The notes beneath the pieces are model-generated. The model did not search any database and had not been told where the DNA came from. It was given only the letters and a program-made list of their open reading frames with translations. A stretch of DNA of 64,000 nucleotides from Oscillospiraceae bacterium (lineage in GTDB: Bacteria; Bacillota; Clostridia; Oscillospirales; SIG627), in contig SVQW01000005.1 of NCBI GenBank assembly GCA_015065085.1, forward strand, positions 66,936-130,935, written 5' to 3'. The first letter of the stretch is position 1. Each line of letters begins with the position of its first letter. Shown here piece by piece: positions 35,201-44,932 of this stretch. A program made the position numbers and the translations under genes.

Positions 35201-36079
35201 ATGTTCGGATATATAAGACCCCGTGAGAGCGAGCTTCTTGTCAAGGAGCTGGAGCTTTACAAGGCGGTGTACTGCGGGCTTTGCAGGGCACTCAAAAAAT
35301 TTGTTTCGCCCTTTATGCCGCTTACTCTCAGCTATGACGGTACATTGCTTGCCGTTTTCCGCATGGCGATAATGCGTATGCCCCCGAAAATCGAAAAGGG
35401 ACGGTGTATCGCTTCGCCTTTTAAAAAGAAATGCCGTGTGTGCTCATGCGAAAACGATGCTTTGTGTTACAGTGCGCGCGCTTCGGCGGTGCTGGTGTAT
35501 TATAACCTCAAGGACGATATAAAGGACAGGGACAAGGGCTTTTTGAAACGTCTTTTGTGCCGTGTGCTTCTGATGCTTGTTTCCCCGTCGGTGAAGAAAA
35601 TCATCGGGACGGACGAAAATATGTCGGCACTGAGTAAAGGCGTTGAAGACTGTCTTGAAAGACTGAGCATAATGGAAAAGGACAACAGCGTTAATATTGA
35701 TACTCTTGCCCAAACCTCGGGCGAGATACTTGCGCTGACGGCGTGTACGGGGCTTTGCGGTGAAAGCCGTGAAATTGCCGAAAAATACGGCATGAGTATC
35801 GGAAAATGGCTGTATATCGCCGATGCGCTTGACGACATGGAGCACGACCAAAAGAAAAAATGCTTTAATCCGCTCATAGCCCGTTTCGGCAGTGCCGGAG
35901 CGGTGAACGAAAACTCGGAAATGATAAGGGCGGTGCTGAGCCGCTATTCCGCCGATGCAATGGAACAGCTGCAAAGACTCAGCCCCACCTGCTATAATAA
36001 CCTTATTGCCAACATAACTTCACTCGGACTTGAAAGTGCAATTTATAAGATATTCAACAACCGAAAGGAAAATAAATGA
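35201..36079 (+). CDS. Conserved clostridial protein, DUF5685-like
   Basis: The N-terminus [33 protein letters not shown] matches my recollection of the DUF5685 start (MFGY..P....L...E...Y...YCGLC). The function is unknown. Confidence 0.5.
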   Translation: MFGYIRPRESELLVKELELYKAVYCGLCRALKKFVSPFMPLTLSYDGTLLAVFRMAIMRMPPKIEKGRCIASPFKKKCRVCSCENDALCYSARASAVLVYYNLKDDIKDRDKGFLKRLLCRVLLMLVSPSVKKIIGTDENMSALSKGVEDCLERLSIMEKDNSVNIDTLAQTSGEILALTACTGLCGESREIAEKYGMSIGKWLYIADALDDMEHDQKKKCFNPLIARFGSAGAVNENSEMIRAVLSRYSADAMEQLQRLSPTCYNNLIANITSLGLESAIYKIFNNRKENK

Positions 36080-36684
36080 AAGATCCGTATCATGTTCTGG
36101 GCGTAAGCCCCGATGCTTCTGTGGAGGAAATCAAAAAGGCTTACAGAGAGCTGGCAAAAAAATATCATCCCGATGCAAATGTGGATAACCCCCTGAAGCA
36201 TCTTGCCGATGAAAAGATGAAAGAAATAAATGAGGCGTACGATTATATAATAAATCTGCGTGAAAAGGGCGGTACTTCCTCGCAAAACGGTAACACCCAC
36301 TATTCGGGAACGGCGTCCGGTACGCCTGATATCACCCGCGCCCGCACTCTTATTTCGCAGGGACGGTATGCCGAGGCGGGTGTTGTACTCAACAGTATAC
36401 CCGTGCATCTGCGCAATGCCGAGTGGTATTATCTTAACGGTACAATCAAGGCAAACGGCGGAATGTATTTTGACGCCCGTTCCAGCTTTGAGGAGGCGGT
36501 GCGCCGAGACCCGTCCAATCCCATGTACCGTCAGGCGCTTAACAATATGTCACGAAACGGTGCCTACGGCGGATATACCGGCTCAAATATGAACTCCTGC
36601 AGCGGATGCGATATGTGTACGGGACTTATGTGCGCCGACTGTCTGTGCGAATGCTGCGGCGGAGACCTGATAAGGTGCTGTTGA
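36076..36684 (+). CDS. J-domain protein with a Cys-rich C-terminal tail
   Basis: [31 protein letters not shown] carries the HPD motif. The C-terminus is [29 protein letters not shown] 4-nt overlap links it to the upstream gene. Confidence 0.8.
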   Translation: MKDPYHVLGVSPDASVEEIKKAYRELAKKYHPDANVDNPLKHLADEKMKEINEAYDYIINLREKGGTSSQNGNTHYSGTASGTPDITRARTLISQGRYAEAGVVLNSIPVHLRNAEWYYLNGTIKANGGMYFDARSSFEEAVRRDPSNPMYRQALNNMSRNGAYGGYTGSNMNSCSGCDMCTGLMCADCLCECCGGDLIRCC

Positions 36685-36685
36685 T

Positions 36686-37204
36686 ATGAAAAAATCCAAA
36701 AAAACCGCACTGGGCGGTATTATTACCGCACTGTGCGTGGTAATTCTGTTTCTGGGCAGCTTTTTTTCCACCCTCGACCTTTCAATGTCCGCGCTGGCGG
36801 GAATGCTTCTCGTGCTGGCGGTTGTTGAAATGGGTGATAATTGGGCGTGGGGCATTTTTGCCTGCGCTTCGGTTGTAAGCATTCTTGTTATTCCTTCAAA
36901 GCTTGTGGTGTGCTTTTTTGTGTGCTTTATGGGGTGGTATCCCATAGCAAAACGAAGCTTTGAACGGCTTCATCCCGTGCTTGCGTGGTGCGTCAAGATA
37001 AGTACCTTTAACGTGTTTCTCACCGTGGCGATATGGGCGGTGAACTTTGTGTTTAAGCTCAGCGTGTCCGACTTTTCATTTTCGTGGGCGCTGTACGGGC
37101 TGGGAAATGTGACCTTTGTGCTGTACGATATAGCCCTTTCAAAAATCATTCTCTTGTATCTTGTGAAGCTGAGAAATATACTGAAAATCAATAAATTACT
37201 ATAA
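36686..37204 (+). CDS. Small polytopic membrane protein (about 5 TM), function unknown
   Basis: Hydrophobic segments run throughout. It starts 1 nt after the J-domain gene stop. Confidence 0.6.
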   Translation: MKKSKKTALGGIITALCVVILFLGSFFSTLDLSMSALAGMLLVLAVVEMGDNWAWGIFACASVVSILVIPSKLVVCFFVCFMGWYPIAKRSFERLHPVLAWCVKISTFNVFLTVAIWAVNFVFKLSVSDFSFSWALYGLGNVTFVLYDIALSKIILLYLVKLRNILKINKLL

Positions 37205-37269
37205 AATGAAGAAAGCCGTGGGATATCTGTGGCTTTTGAAGTGATTTGCGTTGAAATTATGAAAATATC

Positions 37270-37298
37270 TTGCGAAAAATGATTATTGGTGGTATAAT
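37270..37298 (+). promoter_or_regulatory. Sigma-A-type promoter of the lipoprotein cassette
   Basis: TTGCGA (37270-37275), a 17-nt spacer, then TATAAT (37293-37298). Confidence 0.55.
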
Positions 37299-37336
37299 AA
37301 CAAACAATAATTTTATAAAAAGGGGAAAACCAACTT

Positions 37337-38665
37337 ATGAAGAGAATGATGATTGTTTTATGTTTTATGTTATTTATTACAGGATGTAATAAACATACTG
37401 ACATTTCAAATCCTTACATTGAACTTGCGAACGAATACATTGCATCCGGTGAATACACTTTGGCTGCCGATGTCTTACAGAAAGGACTGGAAAAGGAAAA
37501 CACAAAAGAACTTTCTGAAAAGCTAACCGAAGTACTAAGGCTACAGGTTGAAGTTGAAGCGGAAAACGGTAAAGACCAAGTTGATGTAAACGAGGAAGCT
37601 TTTGAACCTGTAGTTGAAAACGAAGATGTTGAGAATTATTATTATAGAAACGAGGATCCGTCAAACAAATTTATATCCGGAGAAATAACAATAGTTCCCA
37701 AAGACGTATATTGGGAATTTGGTAGTTTGATTGCAAATTGCTACGTGCTTAACGGCTTTTCCTACAAGGTTAATAACATAACAGTAGATTCGCTGGGATT
37801 TTACAATGAAGACGGTTATATAGCTGGCGGTGGATGCGGAATTTTACAAGGGCTGAGTCTGGAGCCGTTTTCGTACTGTGAGTGGGCTTTTACAATGCCT
37901 CCCGAATGCGTGGTTAAACCCGGAGCAATATTGAAAAACGGAGTGGATTGCGAAGGTAGTATTACGCATAGCGCTGAGTACGATTTGTCGAAAGCGAGTG
38001 GAGTACTGGCTAAGGCTGGTTTGTCCGAACAGGACTTCAGGAATATGTGCACGCCTTTGCTGAGCAGTGGATACTATGCATGGAACTACAACCGAGTTGG
38101 CAGTAGTAAAACCCACGACTATGACAGATACGTTGTGGCCAACGGTGAACAGTATTATGCTTCTTTAGAAGGAGATGATACGGTGCAAAAGGCTATTTCG
38201 AAATGGGATGAAATTTGCCTTGATTATGAAACCGGTGGCAAAAGATACTATAAATCAGGGCAGTCGGGTCCTTATTCGTATTACGATTATCATGTGTACG
38301 AAAAGTATGGTACGCTTGATTCGTATTTGAAGGATACTGTATATGCGCCAAAAGGCTGCTCTATAATATACGATTATTCCAAAGACATATTTGAAAAAAT
38401 GAAAGAATATCCGAACGAATATCTCGGAACCCCTTTTGTCTTGATTGACTGTGACATCGAATCGTGTGGAAATAATATTTATGATTCCGACAACTTCGTT
38501 GACACTGAAATAGCAATAAATGATATTAGAGATGATGTGCATTCTCCAAATTTGATAACCGATAACGATTATTATCTTTATGTAATATTCAATGGAACAT
38601 ACGTATGTTATGATGGTGATATTGGCTTGAAATTCTCTTTGTTGTCTCTCGAAAAGATAGATTGA
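37337..38665 (+). CDS. Lipoprotein, function unknown (visibly AT-richer than its neighbours)
   Basis: Lipobox MKRMMIVLCFMLFITG-C. I saw no recognisable catalytic motifs. Confidence 0.7.
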   Translation: MKRMMIVLCFMLFITGCNKHTDISNPYIELANEYIASGEYTLAADVLQKGLEKENTKELSEKLTEVLRLQVEVEAENGKDQVDVNEEAFEPVVENEDVENYYYRNEDPSNKFISGEITIVPKDVYWEFGSLIANCYVLNGFSYKVNNITVDSLGFYNEDGYIAGGGCGILQGLSLEPFSYCEWAFTMPPECVVKPGAILKNGVDCEGSITHSAEYDLSKASGVLAKAGLSEQDFRNMCTPLLSSGYYAWNYNRVGSSKTHDYDRYVVANGEQYYASLEGDDTVQKAISKWDEICLDYETGGKRYYKSGQSGPYSYYDYHVYEKYGTLDSYLKDTVYAPKGCSIIYDYSKDIFEKMKEYPNEYLGTPFVLIDCDIESCGNNIYDSDNFVDTEIAINDIRDDVHSPNLITDNDYYLYVIFNGTYVCYDGDIGLKFSLLSLEKID

Positions 38666-38767
38666 TTCTACATAATACGAAAGAGGAAAAGTGCTTATAC
38701 GAATGTTTTAGCTCCATATCTCATTTTGTGAAATCAAGAAACATACTTAAAATCAATAAACTGCTGT

Positions 38768-38797
38768 AAAAAACCCGCGGATGTCCGCGGGTTTTTT
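38768..38797 (+). terminator. Strong rho-independent terminator
   Basis: aaaaacccgcgg-atgt-ccgcgggtttttt. Confidence 0.85.
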
Positions 38798-38800
38798 ATA

Positions 38801-39052
38801 ATGCGCAATTCGCAATGCGCAATTCGCAATTGATGTTGAAAACCGCAAAAGCGGTTTTCTTCAATTTGTCATGTTGAGCGTAGTCGAAACATCTTTAAAA
38901 TACTTTATGGTTTAAGATTCTTCGACTACGTGCTGCGCACTTCGCTCAGAATGACAATAATGAAGAAAGCCGTGGAATTTTTCCACGGCTTTCAACCATA
39001 ATTGCGCATTGCGAATTGAGCGAAGCGCATTGCGAATTGCAAATTGCGAATT
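38801..39052. repeat. Composite intergenic repeat with a nested MITE-like element (38868-38955)
   Basis: The order is a CAATTCG arm (38801-38831), hairpin gttgaaaaccgc..gcggttttcttcaa, then the nested element. That element has inverted ends gtcatgttgagcg / cgctcagaatgac. After it come hairpin gaagaaagccgtgg..ccacggctttc and an AATTGCG arm (38998-39052). Confidence 0.8.
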
Positions 39053-39053
39053 A

Positions 39054-40577
39054 TTATTTAAGCACTCTCCTCACAAATGCCCCATCCTCTCTTGTGATGC
39101 ATCCCATCAGCCCGAGAAGCAGGGCGTACAGTAAAAGGGTGAGGGTGATTATAAGGGCGAGGGGGAGCGAAAAATGCATAAAGCGGCTTAGTGTGTGCAT
39201 TATAAAAAGTGAAACGGTTATGCATATTGCGGGTTTTATTATGTCCTCGAATATGTGCACCTCAAAGCCCGTTTCGATTAAAAGCCTGCGGAAGCTGAGA
39301 AAGAAATTCAGAGCCTCACTGACGGTTATTACGATAATATAGCCTCCGATGCCCATGGCGGGCAGAAGCGTGACTGTGAGAATGACGCTGACGGCGGAGT
39401 CGATAAGGTTGTAGCGCATGTGGTTTTTTTGCAGATTAAGCCCTTTGAGCATACTGTCGGTCACACTGTCCAGGTACATTACGCACACAAGGGGAGCGAG
39501 TATTTTTACAAAATATGCCGCACGGCTGTTTTTGTACATAGCCATGGCGATTTCACCGCCGAAAACACACAAAATTCCTGCCACTGCGACGGAAAACACC
39601 AGCGTGTAACGGAAAATGAAGGAAAAAATGCGGTTGATTCGTGCTTTGTCATCTACTGCACGGCAGGCGGCGATTTCCGTTACCAATAGACCCGAAAAAC
39701 CGCTGATGAACACGGCGGGAAGCATTATCACGGGCATTGCCATGCCGCCGATGACACCGTATTCCGCCAGAGAGGCGCTTTCCGAATGGCCGTATTTTTT
39801 CAGACCCCAGGGAATCATCATCTGCTCCACCGAGCTGAGTCCGCTTCTCAGATATGAGGTCAGCGCAACGGGCAGAGCAATGGACAGCATACGGTTGAGA
39901 ATGTCGTCAGAGGCTTTCTTCGGATTTTTGACGCGGAATTCCTTTCTTCTGTCGGCAAGATACAGAATGAACAGCGTGATAAAAGACAGTATTTCTGCCG
40001 ATGTGCCGCTCAGCACCAGTATACAGCAGGCGCTTTGCAGGTCGGTGGCGAGATATGAAAGCAGAAATGCCGAAAGGGATATTTTTATGTACTGCTCCAG
40101 CATAAGCACCGCCGAGTTTTTCACCGTCTTGCGCATGGCGGTGAAATATCCGCACAAAACCGAGCTGCAGGACAGCGCAGGCAAACTGAACGCCAGTATT
40201 TTCAGCGATTCAAGCGTGCGAATATCGCCCAGCCAGCTCAAAGCTATTTTTTCTGAAAACACAAACAGCAGTGCGCCTGAAAAAAGGCTGAGTGTTGAGG
40301 CGTAAAACAGGCAGTTTCTGACCGCTTTGGTACAGCCTGCCCTGTTTCCCACCGCCGCCTCCTCACTGACAAGACGTGAGGCGGCAAGCCCGATGCCGCC
40401 CGTGGCAAAGGTGACGGCAAGCCTGTACACCGTCATTATAAGCTGATAAAGCCCCATGCCGTCTGCGCCTATGCGGGAGGACAAAAACACCGTAAAGCCC
40501 ATGGAAACAGCTGATATTATAATGGAAGTCGCCGTGGTGATAAGTGCATTTACGGCAAATTGTTTTGTTTTGTTCAT
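39054..40577 (-). CDS. MOP-superfamily polysaccharide/lipid-II flippase, SpoVB/MurJ-like
   Basis: 507 aa and polytopic. The N-terminal block FLSSRIGADGMGLYQL....Y.L.....T.GI..A.S.LVSE resembles SpoVB. Confidence 0.75.
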   Translation of the reverse strand: MNKTKQFAVNALITTATSIIISAVSMGFTVFLSSRIGADGMGLYQLIMTVYRLAVTFATGGIGLAASRLVSEEAAVGNRAGCTKAVRNCLFYASTLSLFSGALLFVFSEKIALSWLGDIRTLESLKILAFSLPALSCSSVLCGYFTAMRKTVKNSAVLMLEQYIKISLSAFLLSYLATDLQSACCILVLSGTSAEILSFITLFILYLADRRKEFRVKNPKKASDDILNRMLSIALPVALTSYLRSGLSSVEQMMIPWGLKKYGHSESASLAEYGVIGGMAMPVIMLPAVFISGFSGLLVTEIAACRAVDDKARINRIFSFIFRYTLVFSVAVAGILCVFGGEIAMAMYKNSRAAYFVKILAPLVCVMYLDSVTDSMLKGLNLQKNHMRYNLIDSAVSVILTVTLLPAMGIGGYIIVITVSEALNFFLSFRRLLIETGFEVHIFEDIIKPAICITVSLFIMHTLSRFMHFSLPLALIITLTLLLYALLLGLMGCITREDGAFVRRVLK

Positions 40578-40596
40578 GGCAAATTCCTTTAATGTT

Positions 40597-40808
40597 CAAT
40601 GCGTAATTCGCAATTCGCAATTTCGGTTGATTTTGCTGTGCAAAATCTTCATTATGTCATTCAGGAAATAACCATCGCAAGCGGTGCTTGAAAAGAGCAA
40701 AGTGAAGAATCTTTTATTCTTTCTTTCGTATTAACCGGTTTGCGGTTTAAAGATGTTTCGACTGCGCTCAACATGACATAATTGCGAATTGTGCATTGCG
40801 AATTGCAA
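40597..40808. repeat. Second composite intergenic repeat with the MITE-like element in the opposite orientation (40656-40777)
   Basis: The order is a CAATTCG arm (40597-40622), hairpin gattttgc-tgt-gcaaaatc, then the element gtcattcagg...aaagatgtttcgactgcgctcaacatgac. Its 29-nt end is the reverse complement of 38868-38896 with 1 mismatch. An AATTGCG arm (40778-40808) closes it. Confidence 0.8.
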
Positions 40809-40933
40809 AATATACCGCAACGAGTGTCTGTACTATTATATTTTCATTTCACGTTAAGTATGTCAAAATGTTAACTTGTGTGTAAAGTTCACATAATTAA
40901 TGTTAAATTAACAAACGAAATGTTAGCTTTTTG

Positions 40934-40962
40934 TTGACTTATCGCGTTTTTTGTGATATAAT
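40934..40962 (+). promoter_or_regulatory. Sigma-A-type promoter (extended -10) upstream of the DeoR regulator
   Basis: TTGACT (40934-40939), a 17-nt spacer ending in TGa, then TATAAT (40957-40962). Three AATGTTA(A/G) direct repeats lie just upstream. Confidence 0.6.
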
Positions 40963-41020
40963 TACCATGTGTGAAAATGAAAAATTGTATTAGTATTTCG
41001 TGCCCATCAAATCTGAAAGG

Positions 41021-41803
41021 ATGAATAATTCGTTTATGAATTACAGAAGACGCGAACTGGTTAAGGAAATTATCCTCTCCAAGCCCTTTACATCCCTGAA
41101 AGAGCTTGAAGAGCTGTTCCCCAATGTCTCCAGCATGACCCTCAGACGCGATATTGAGTATTGCGAGGCACAAGGCGACGCCGTAAAGGTGCGTGGCGGC
41201 GCTAAGTCCATGAAGTTTATTACAACTTCCATGGAGGACCCTATTTACAACCGTATGAATTCCAATGTTTCGGTCAAAAAGCGTATCGCAAAAAAAGCGG
41301 CGGAGTTTTTTGAGCAGGGACGCTCGATTTTTGTGGATTCCGGTACCACCTGCATTGAGCTTGCACAGCTTATGCCGGATATGCGTATCACCGTAACCAC
41401 TACCGGCCCCAACGTTGCAATGAGTATGATTAAGAACACCAAGCCCATGATAAATCTTGTAGGCGGGCTTATCAACCGCGAGAATATGTCCATTTCGGGT
41501 GCTCAGGCATTGGAATATATCAACAGCATCAATATCGACCTTGCGTTTATTTCTCCCTCGGGCCTTTCGCTGAAAAACGGCTTTACCAGCGGTAACTTCA
41601 ACGAGTGCGAGCTGAAAAAAACCATTGTCAACAAGGCGCGCGAGGTTATTATGCTTCTTGACGCGGCGAAGTTTGAAAAGGACCTTCCTTACACCTTCTG
41701 TCAGCTTAAGGACATACACATGATTATCACCAACACCGCACTGCCCCCTGTCTTTATGGAAGAGGCGGCGCGCAGTAATGTGAGAATCGTTATAGCAAAC
41801 TAG
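41021..41803 (+). CDS. DeoR-family transcriptional regulator
   Basis: N-terminal HTH (RRRELVKEIILSKPFTSLKELEELFPNVSSMTLRRDIEY) plus a DeoR C-terminal sensor domain. The start is ambiguous (41000, 41021 or 41036). Confidence 0.8.
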   Translation: MNNSFMNYRRRELVKEIILSKPFTSLKELEELFPNVSSMTLRRDIEYCEAQGDAVKVRGGAKSMKFITTSMEDPIYNRMNSNVSVKKRIAKKAAEFFEQGRSIFVDSGTTCIELAQLMPDMRITVTTTGPNVAMSMIKNTKPMINLVGGLINRENMSISGAQALEYINSINIDLAFISPSGLSLKNGFTSGNFNECELKKTIVNKAREVIMLLDAAKFEKDLPYTFCQLKDIHMIITNTALPPVFMEEAARSNVRIVIAN

Positions 41804-41848
41804 TCGGCAAAAAAATTAATATATATATATTTTACGGAGGTAAAATCA

Positions 41849-43549
41849 ATGGCAGTTGCAATTATCATGCCTCGCCAGGGACAGAGCGTTGAAAGCTGTG
41901 TCATCACAACCTGGGAAAAGAAAGTAGGCGACCCTGTTGCCGAAGGCGACATCTTGTTCACCTACGAAACAGACAAATCTTCCTTCGAGGAAAAGTCGAC
42001 CGTCAGCGGTACTCTTCTTGCTATCCTTGCTGAAGAAGGCGAAGATGTACCCTGTCTGGAAAATGTTTGCGTTATAGGTAACGCAGGCGAGGACATTTCC
42101 GCGTTCACCAAGGGCGCATCAGCTCCCGAAGCTGCTCCTGCGCCTGCACAGACTCCCGCTCCTGCGGCACCCGCAGCGGCTCCTGCTCCTGCGGCAGAGC
42201 TTCCCGCTTCTGTTACCGCGGTTATCATGCCCCGTCAGGGACAGAGCGTTGAAAGCTGTGTTATCACTACCTGGGAAAAGAAGGTAGGCGATACCGTTAA
42301 AAACGGTGACATTCTCTTTACCTACGAAACCGACAAGTCCTCTTTCGAGGAAAAGGCGGCTGTTGAGGGTACTCTGCTTGCTATCCTTGCAGACGAGGGC
42401 GAAGACGTTCCCTGTCTCGACAACGTTTGTCTTATCGGTCCTGCCGGCACAGACGTAAGTGCGTTTGTAAACGGTGCATCTGCGGCACCCGCTCAGACAG
42501 AAGCAGCTACCGCTGTATCTGCGGCTCCTGCAGTTCAGGCGGCTCCCGTTGCGGCTACCGCGGCAGAGGTTAATGTAGAAAAAATCTCCCCCAGAGCTAA
42601 AAATCTTGCCATCAAGACCAATGCTGACCTGCTCAAGGCAGTTCCCACCGGCCCCTACGGCAGAATTATTGAGCGCGACGTTCAGGCTCTTCTGGACAAG
42701 GGCTTCACCGTAAGCGGCGCGGCTATGGGCGAATACAAGAGTGCTGTTGAAGGCACAGGCGCTAACGGCAGAGTTGTTCTTGGTGACCTGGCTCCCAAGG
42801 CTCCCGAGGCGGCTGCGGCTGTTGAAGCTCCTGCTGCATCTGCGGCTCCCGCAGCGGCATATGTGGACGAAAAGCTCCCCAACATGCGCAAGGTTATTGC
42901 CAAGGCTATGCACAACTCCCTGTCTACAATGGCTCAGCTCACTCTCAACACTTCCTTCGACGCTACCAAGCTTCAGGCTTGCCGTGCAGGTCTCAAGGCT
43001 CATGCGGAAAAGATGGGTCTTGCAAAGATCACTCTCAACGACATGGTGCTTTATGCCGTTTCCAGAACACTTCTCAACCACAAGGCTGTGAACGCTCACT
43101 TCCTGGACGACAAGATGAGATACTTCACCAATGCCAATATCGGTATTGCGGTTGACACCGACAGAGGACTTCTCGTTCCTACCGTGTTTGCGGCTGAAAA
43201 GCTGACTCTCAACGAGCTCAGTAAGGCGGCAAAGGTTGTAATCTCCGAGGCTCAGAAGGGTACTATCTCCCCTGACAACCTCAAGGGCGCAAGCTTCACC
43301 GTTACCAACCTGGGTGCTATGGGCATCGAAAGCTTCACTCCCGTTATCAATCCCCCCCAGACCTGTATTCTCGGCGTGAACAACATCACCAAGAAGATAA
43401 AGGAAGTAGACGGCGAGGACGTTATTTACCCTGCAATGGGTCTGTCCCTCACCTTCGACCACAGAGCACTGGACGGCGCTCCTGCGGCTAAATTCCTTCA
43501 GGAACTTTGCTACAACCTTGAGAACTTCGACATTCTCATGGCTCTGTAA
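41849..43549 (+). CDS. Dihydrolipoamide acyltransferase (E2) with two lipoyl domains
   Basis: The lipoyl domain is duplicated (..IMPRQGQSVESCVITTWEKKVGD..ETDKSSFE.. occurs twice). Ala/Pro linkers, a subunit-binding domain and the catalytic C-terminus with LSLTFDHRALDGA are present. Confidence 0.9.
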   Translation: MAVAIIMPRQGQSVESCVITTWEKKVGDPVAEGDILFTYETDKSSFEEKSTVSGTLLAILAEEGEDVPCLENVCVIGNAGEDISAFTKGASAPEAAPAPAQTPAPAAPAAAPAPAAELPASVTAVIMPRQGQSVESCVITTWEKKVGDTVKNGDILFTYETDKSSFEEKAAVEGTLLAILADEGEDVPCLDNVCLIGPAGTDVSAFVNGASAAPAQTEAATAVSAAPAVQAAPVAATAAEVNVEKISPRAKNLAIKTNADLLKAVPTGPYGRIIERDVQALLDKGFTVSGAAMGEYKSAVEGTGANGRVVLGDLAPKAPEAAAAVEAPAASAAPAAAYVDEKLPNMRKVIAKAMHNSLSTMAQLTLNTSFDATKLQACRAGLKAHAEKMGLAKITLNDMVLYAVSRTLLNHKAVNAHFLDDKMRYFTNANIGIAVDTDRGLLVPTVFAAEKLTLNELSKAAKVVISEAQKGTISPDNLKGASFTVTNLGAMGIESFTPVINPPQTCILGVNNITKKIKEVDGEDVIYPAMGLSLTFDHRALDGAPAAKFLQELCYNLENFDILMAL

Positions 43550-43567
43550 GAAAGGGGTTATATAATA

Positions 43568-44932
43568 ATGTACGATCTTATTATTCTGGGCGGCGGCCCC
43601 GCAGGCTACAATGCCTCCGAGCATGCTGCTCATGCAGGACTTAAAACTCTCGTTATCGAGGAACGCGCACTGGGCGGTGTATGTCTTAACGAGGGCTGTA
43701 TCCCTACCAAAACCTTCCTCTATTCCGCTAAGGTTTTCGACTACGGCAAGCATGCCGCTGACTACGGTGTAACCTTTACGGGTGCTTCCATCGACCACAA
43801 CAAGGTGGTTGACCGCAAGAACAATGTTGTTAAAACACTGGTAAGCGGTGTCGGCGCCAAGCTTAAAAAGGCGGGCGTTGAGGTTGTTAAGGCTTCCGCT
43901 GTTATAAAGGAAAGAAACGCAGAGGGCTTTGTAGTTACCGCTGAGGGCAAGGACTATGTGGGCAAACAGCTTCTGGTTTGCACAGGCTCCAATGCCGCTG
44001 TTCCCCCCATTCCCGGTCTGGCTGATTCCATCAAGAACGGCTTTGCTCTGACCAACCGCGAGATTCTCGACCTTCGCGAAATCCCCAAGACCATCGTTGT
44101 CGTAGGCGGCGGTGTTATCGGTCTTGAAATGGCTTCTTACTTCAACTCCGTAGGCTCCAAGGTTTACGTTGTTGAAATGCTGGACCACATTGCAGGTCCT
44201 ACCGATGCCGAAATTTCCGCTCTTCTCCAGAAAGAATACGCTAAACGCGGCGTAGAGTTCATTCTGGGCGCAAAGGTTACCTCCATTGCTGACAAGAAGG
44301 TGGCTTACGAAAAGGACGGCAAGATTTCCGAAATTCCCTGTGACTATGCTCTGGTATCCATCGGACGCCGTGCAAGAACCGCAGGCATCGGACTTGAAAA
44401 TATCGGTGTTAAAATCGAGCGCGGCGCCATCGTTACCGACGAATACGGCAAGACCAACGTTCCCGGTGTATGGGCGGCAGGCGACGTAAACGGCAAGAGC
44501 ATGCTGGCGCACACCGCGTACCGCGAGGGCGAGGTCTGCATCAACAACATTCTCGGCAAGAAGGACAGAATCAACTACAATTCCATTCCTTCCGTTATCT
44601 ACACCAACCCCGAGGTTGCGGCAGTAGGTGAAACCGAGCAGACCGCAAAGGCTAAGGGACTCAATGTTAAAATTCAGTCCGTAACCCTTAAGTTCAGCGG
44701 CAGATACATCGCCGAGAACGAGGGCGGCAACGGTATTCTCAAGATAATAATCGATGCTGACCACAAGAACATTGTAGGTATGCACATGATAGGCACCTAC
44801 GCTTCCGAAATCATTTACGGTGCGGCTATGATGGTTGAGACCGAAATGAGAATCGCCGACATTCAGAAGATGGTATTCCCCCATCCTACTGTTTGCGAGG
44901 TAATCCGCGAAGCACTGTTCATGTTCGACTAA
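43568..44932 (+). CDS. lpd: Dihydrolipoyl dehydrogenase (E3)
   Basis: GGGPAGY FAD motif, redox-active GGVCLNEGCIPTK, the second Rossmann motif VVGGGVIGLE and C-terminal HPT..E. Confidence 0.9.
   Translation: MYDLIILGGGPAGYNASEHAAHAGLKTLVIEERALGGVCLNEGCIPTKTFLYSAKVFDYGKHAADYGVTFTGASIDHNKVVDRKNNVVKTLVSGVGAKLKKAGVEVVKASAVIKERNAEGFVVTAEGKDYVGKQLLVCTGSNAAVPPIPGLADSIKNGFALTNREILDLREIPKTIVVVGGGVIGLEMASYFNSVGSKVYVVEMLDHIAGPTDAEISALLQKEYAKRGVEFILGAKVTSIADKKVAYEKDGKISEIPCDYALVSIGRRARTAGIGLENIGVKIERGAIVTDEYGKTNVPGVWAAGDVNGKSMLAHTAYREGEVCINNILGKKDRINYNSIPSVIYTNPEVAAVGETEQTAKAKGLNVKIQSVTLKFSGRYIAENEGGNGILKIIIDADHKNIVGMHMIGTYASEIIYGAAMMVETEMRIADIQKMVFPHPTVCEVIREALFMFD

Noticed and set aside
41849-42440. 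Near-identical ~200-nt direct repeat inside the E2 gene (41849-42060 versus about 42207-42420).
   Set aside because: This is the normal tandem duplication of lipoyl domains separated by an Ala/Pro linker in E2 proteins. It is neither a mobile element nor an assembly artefact.
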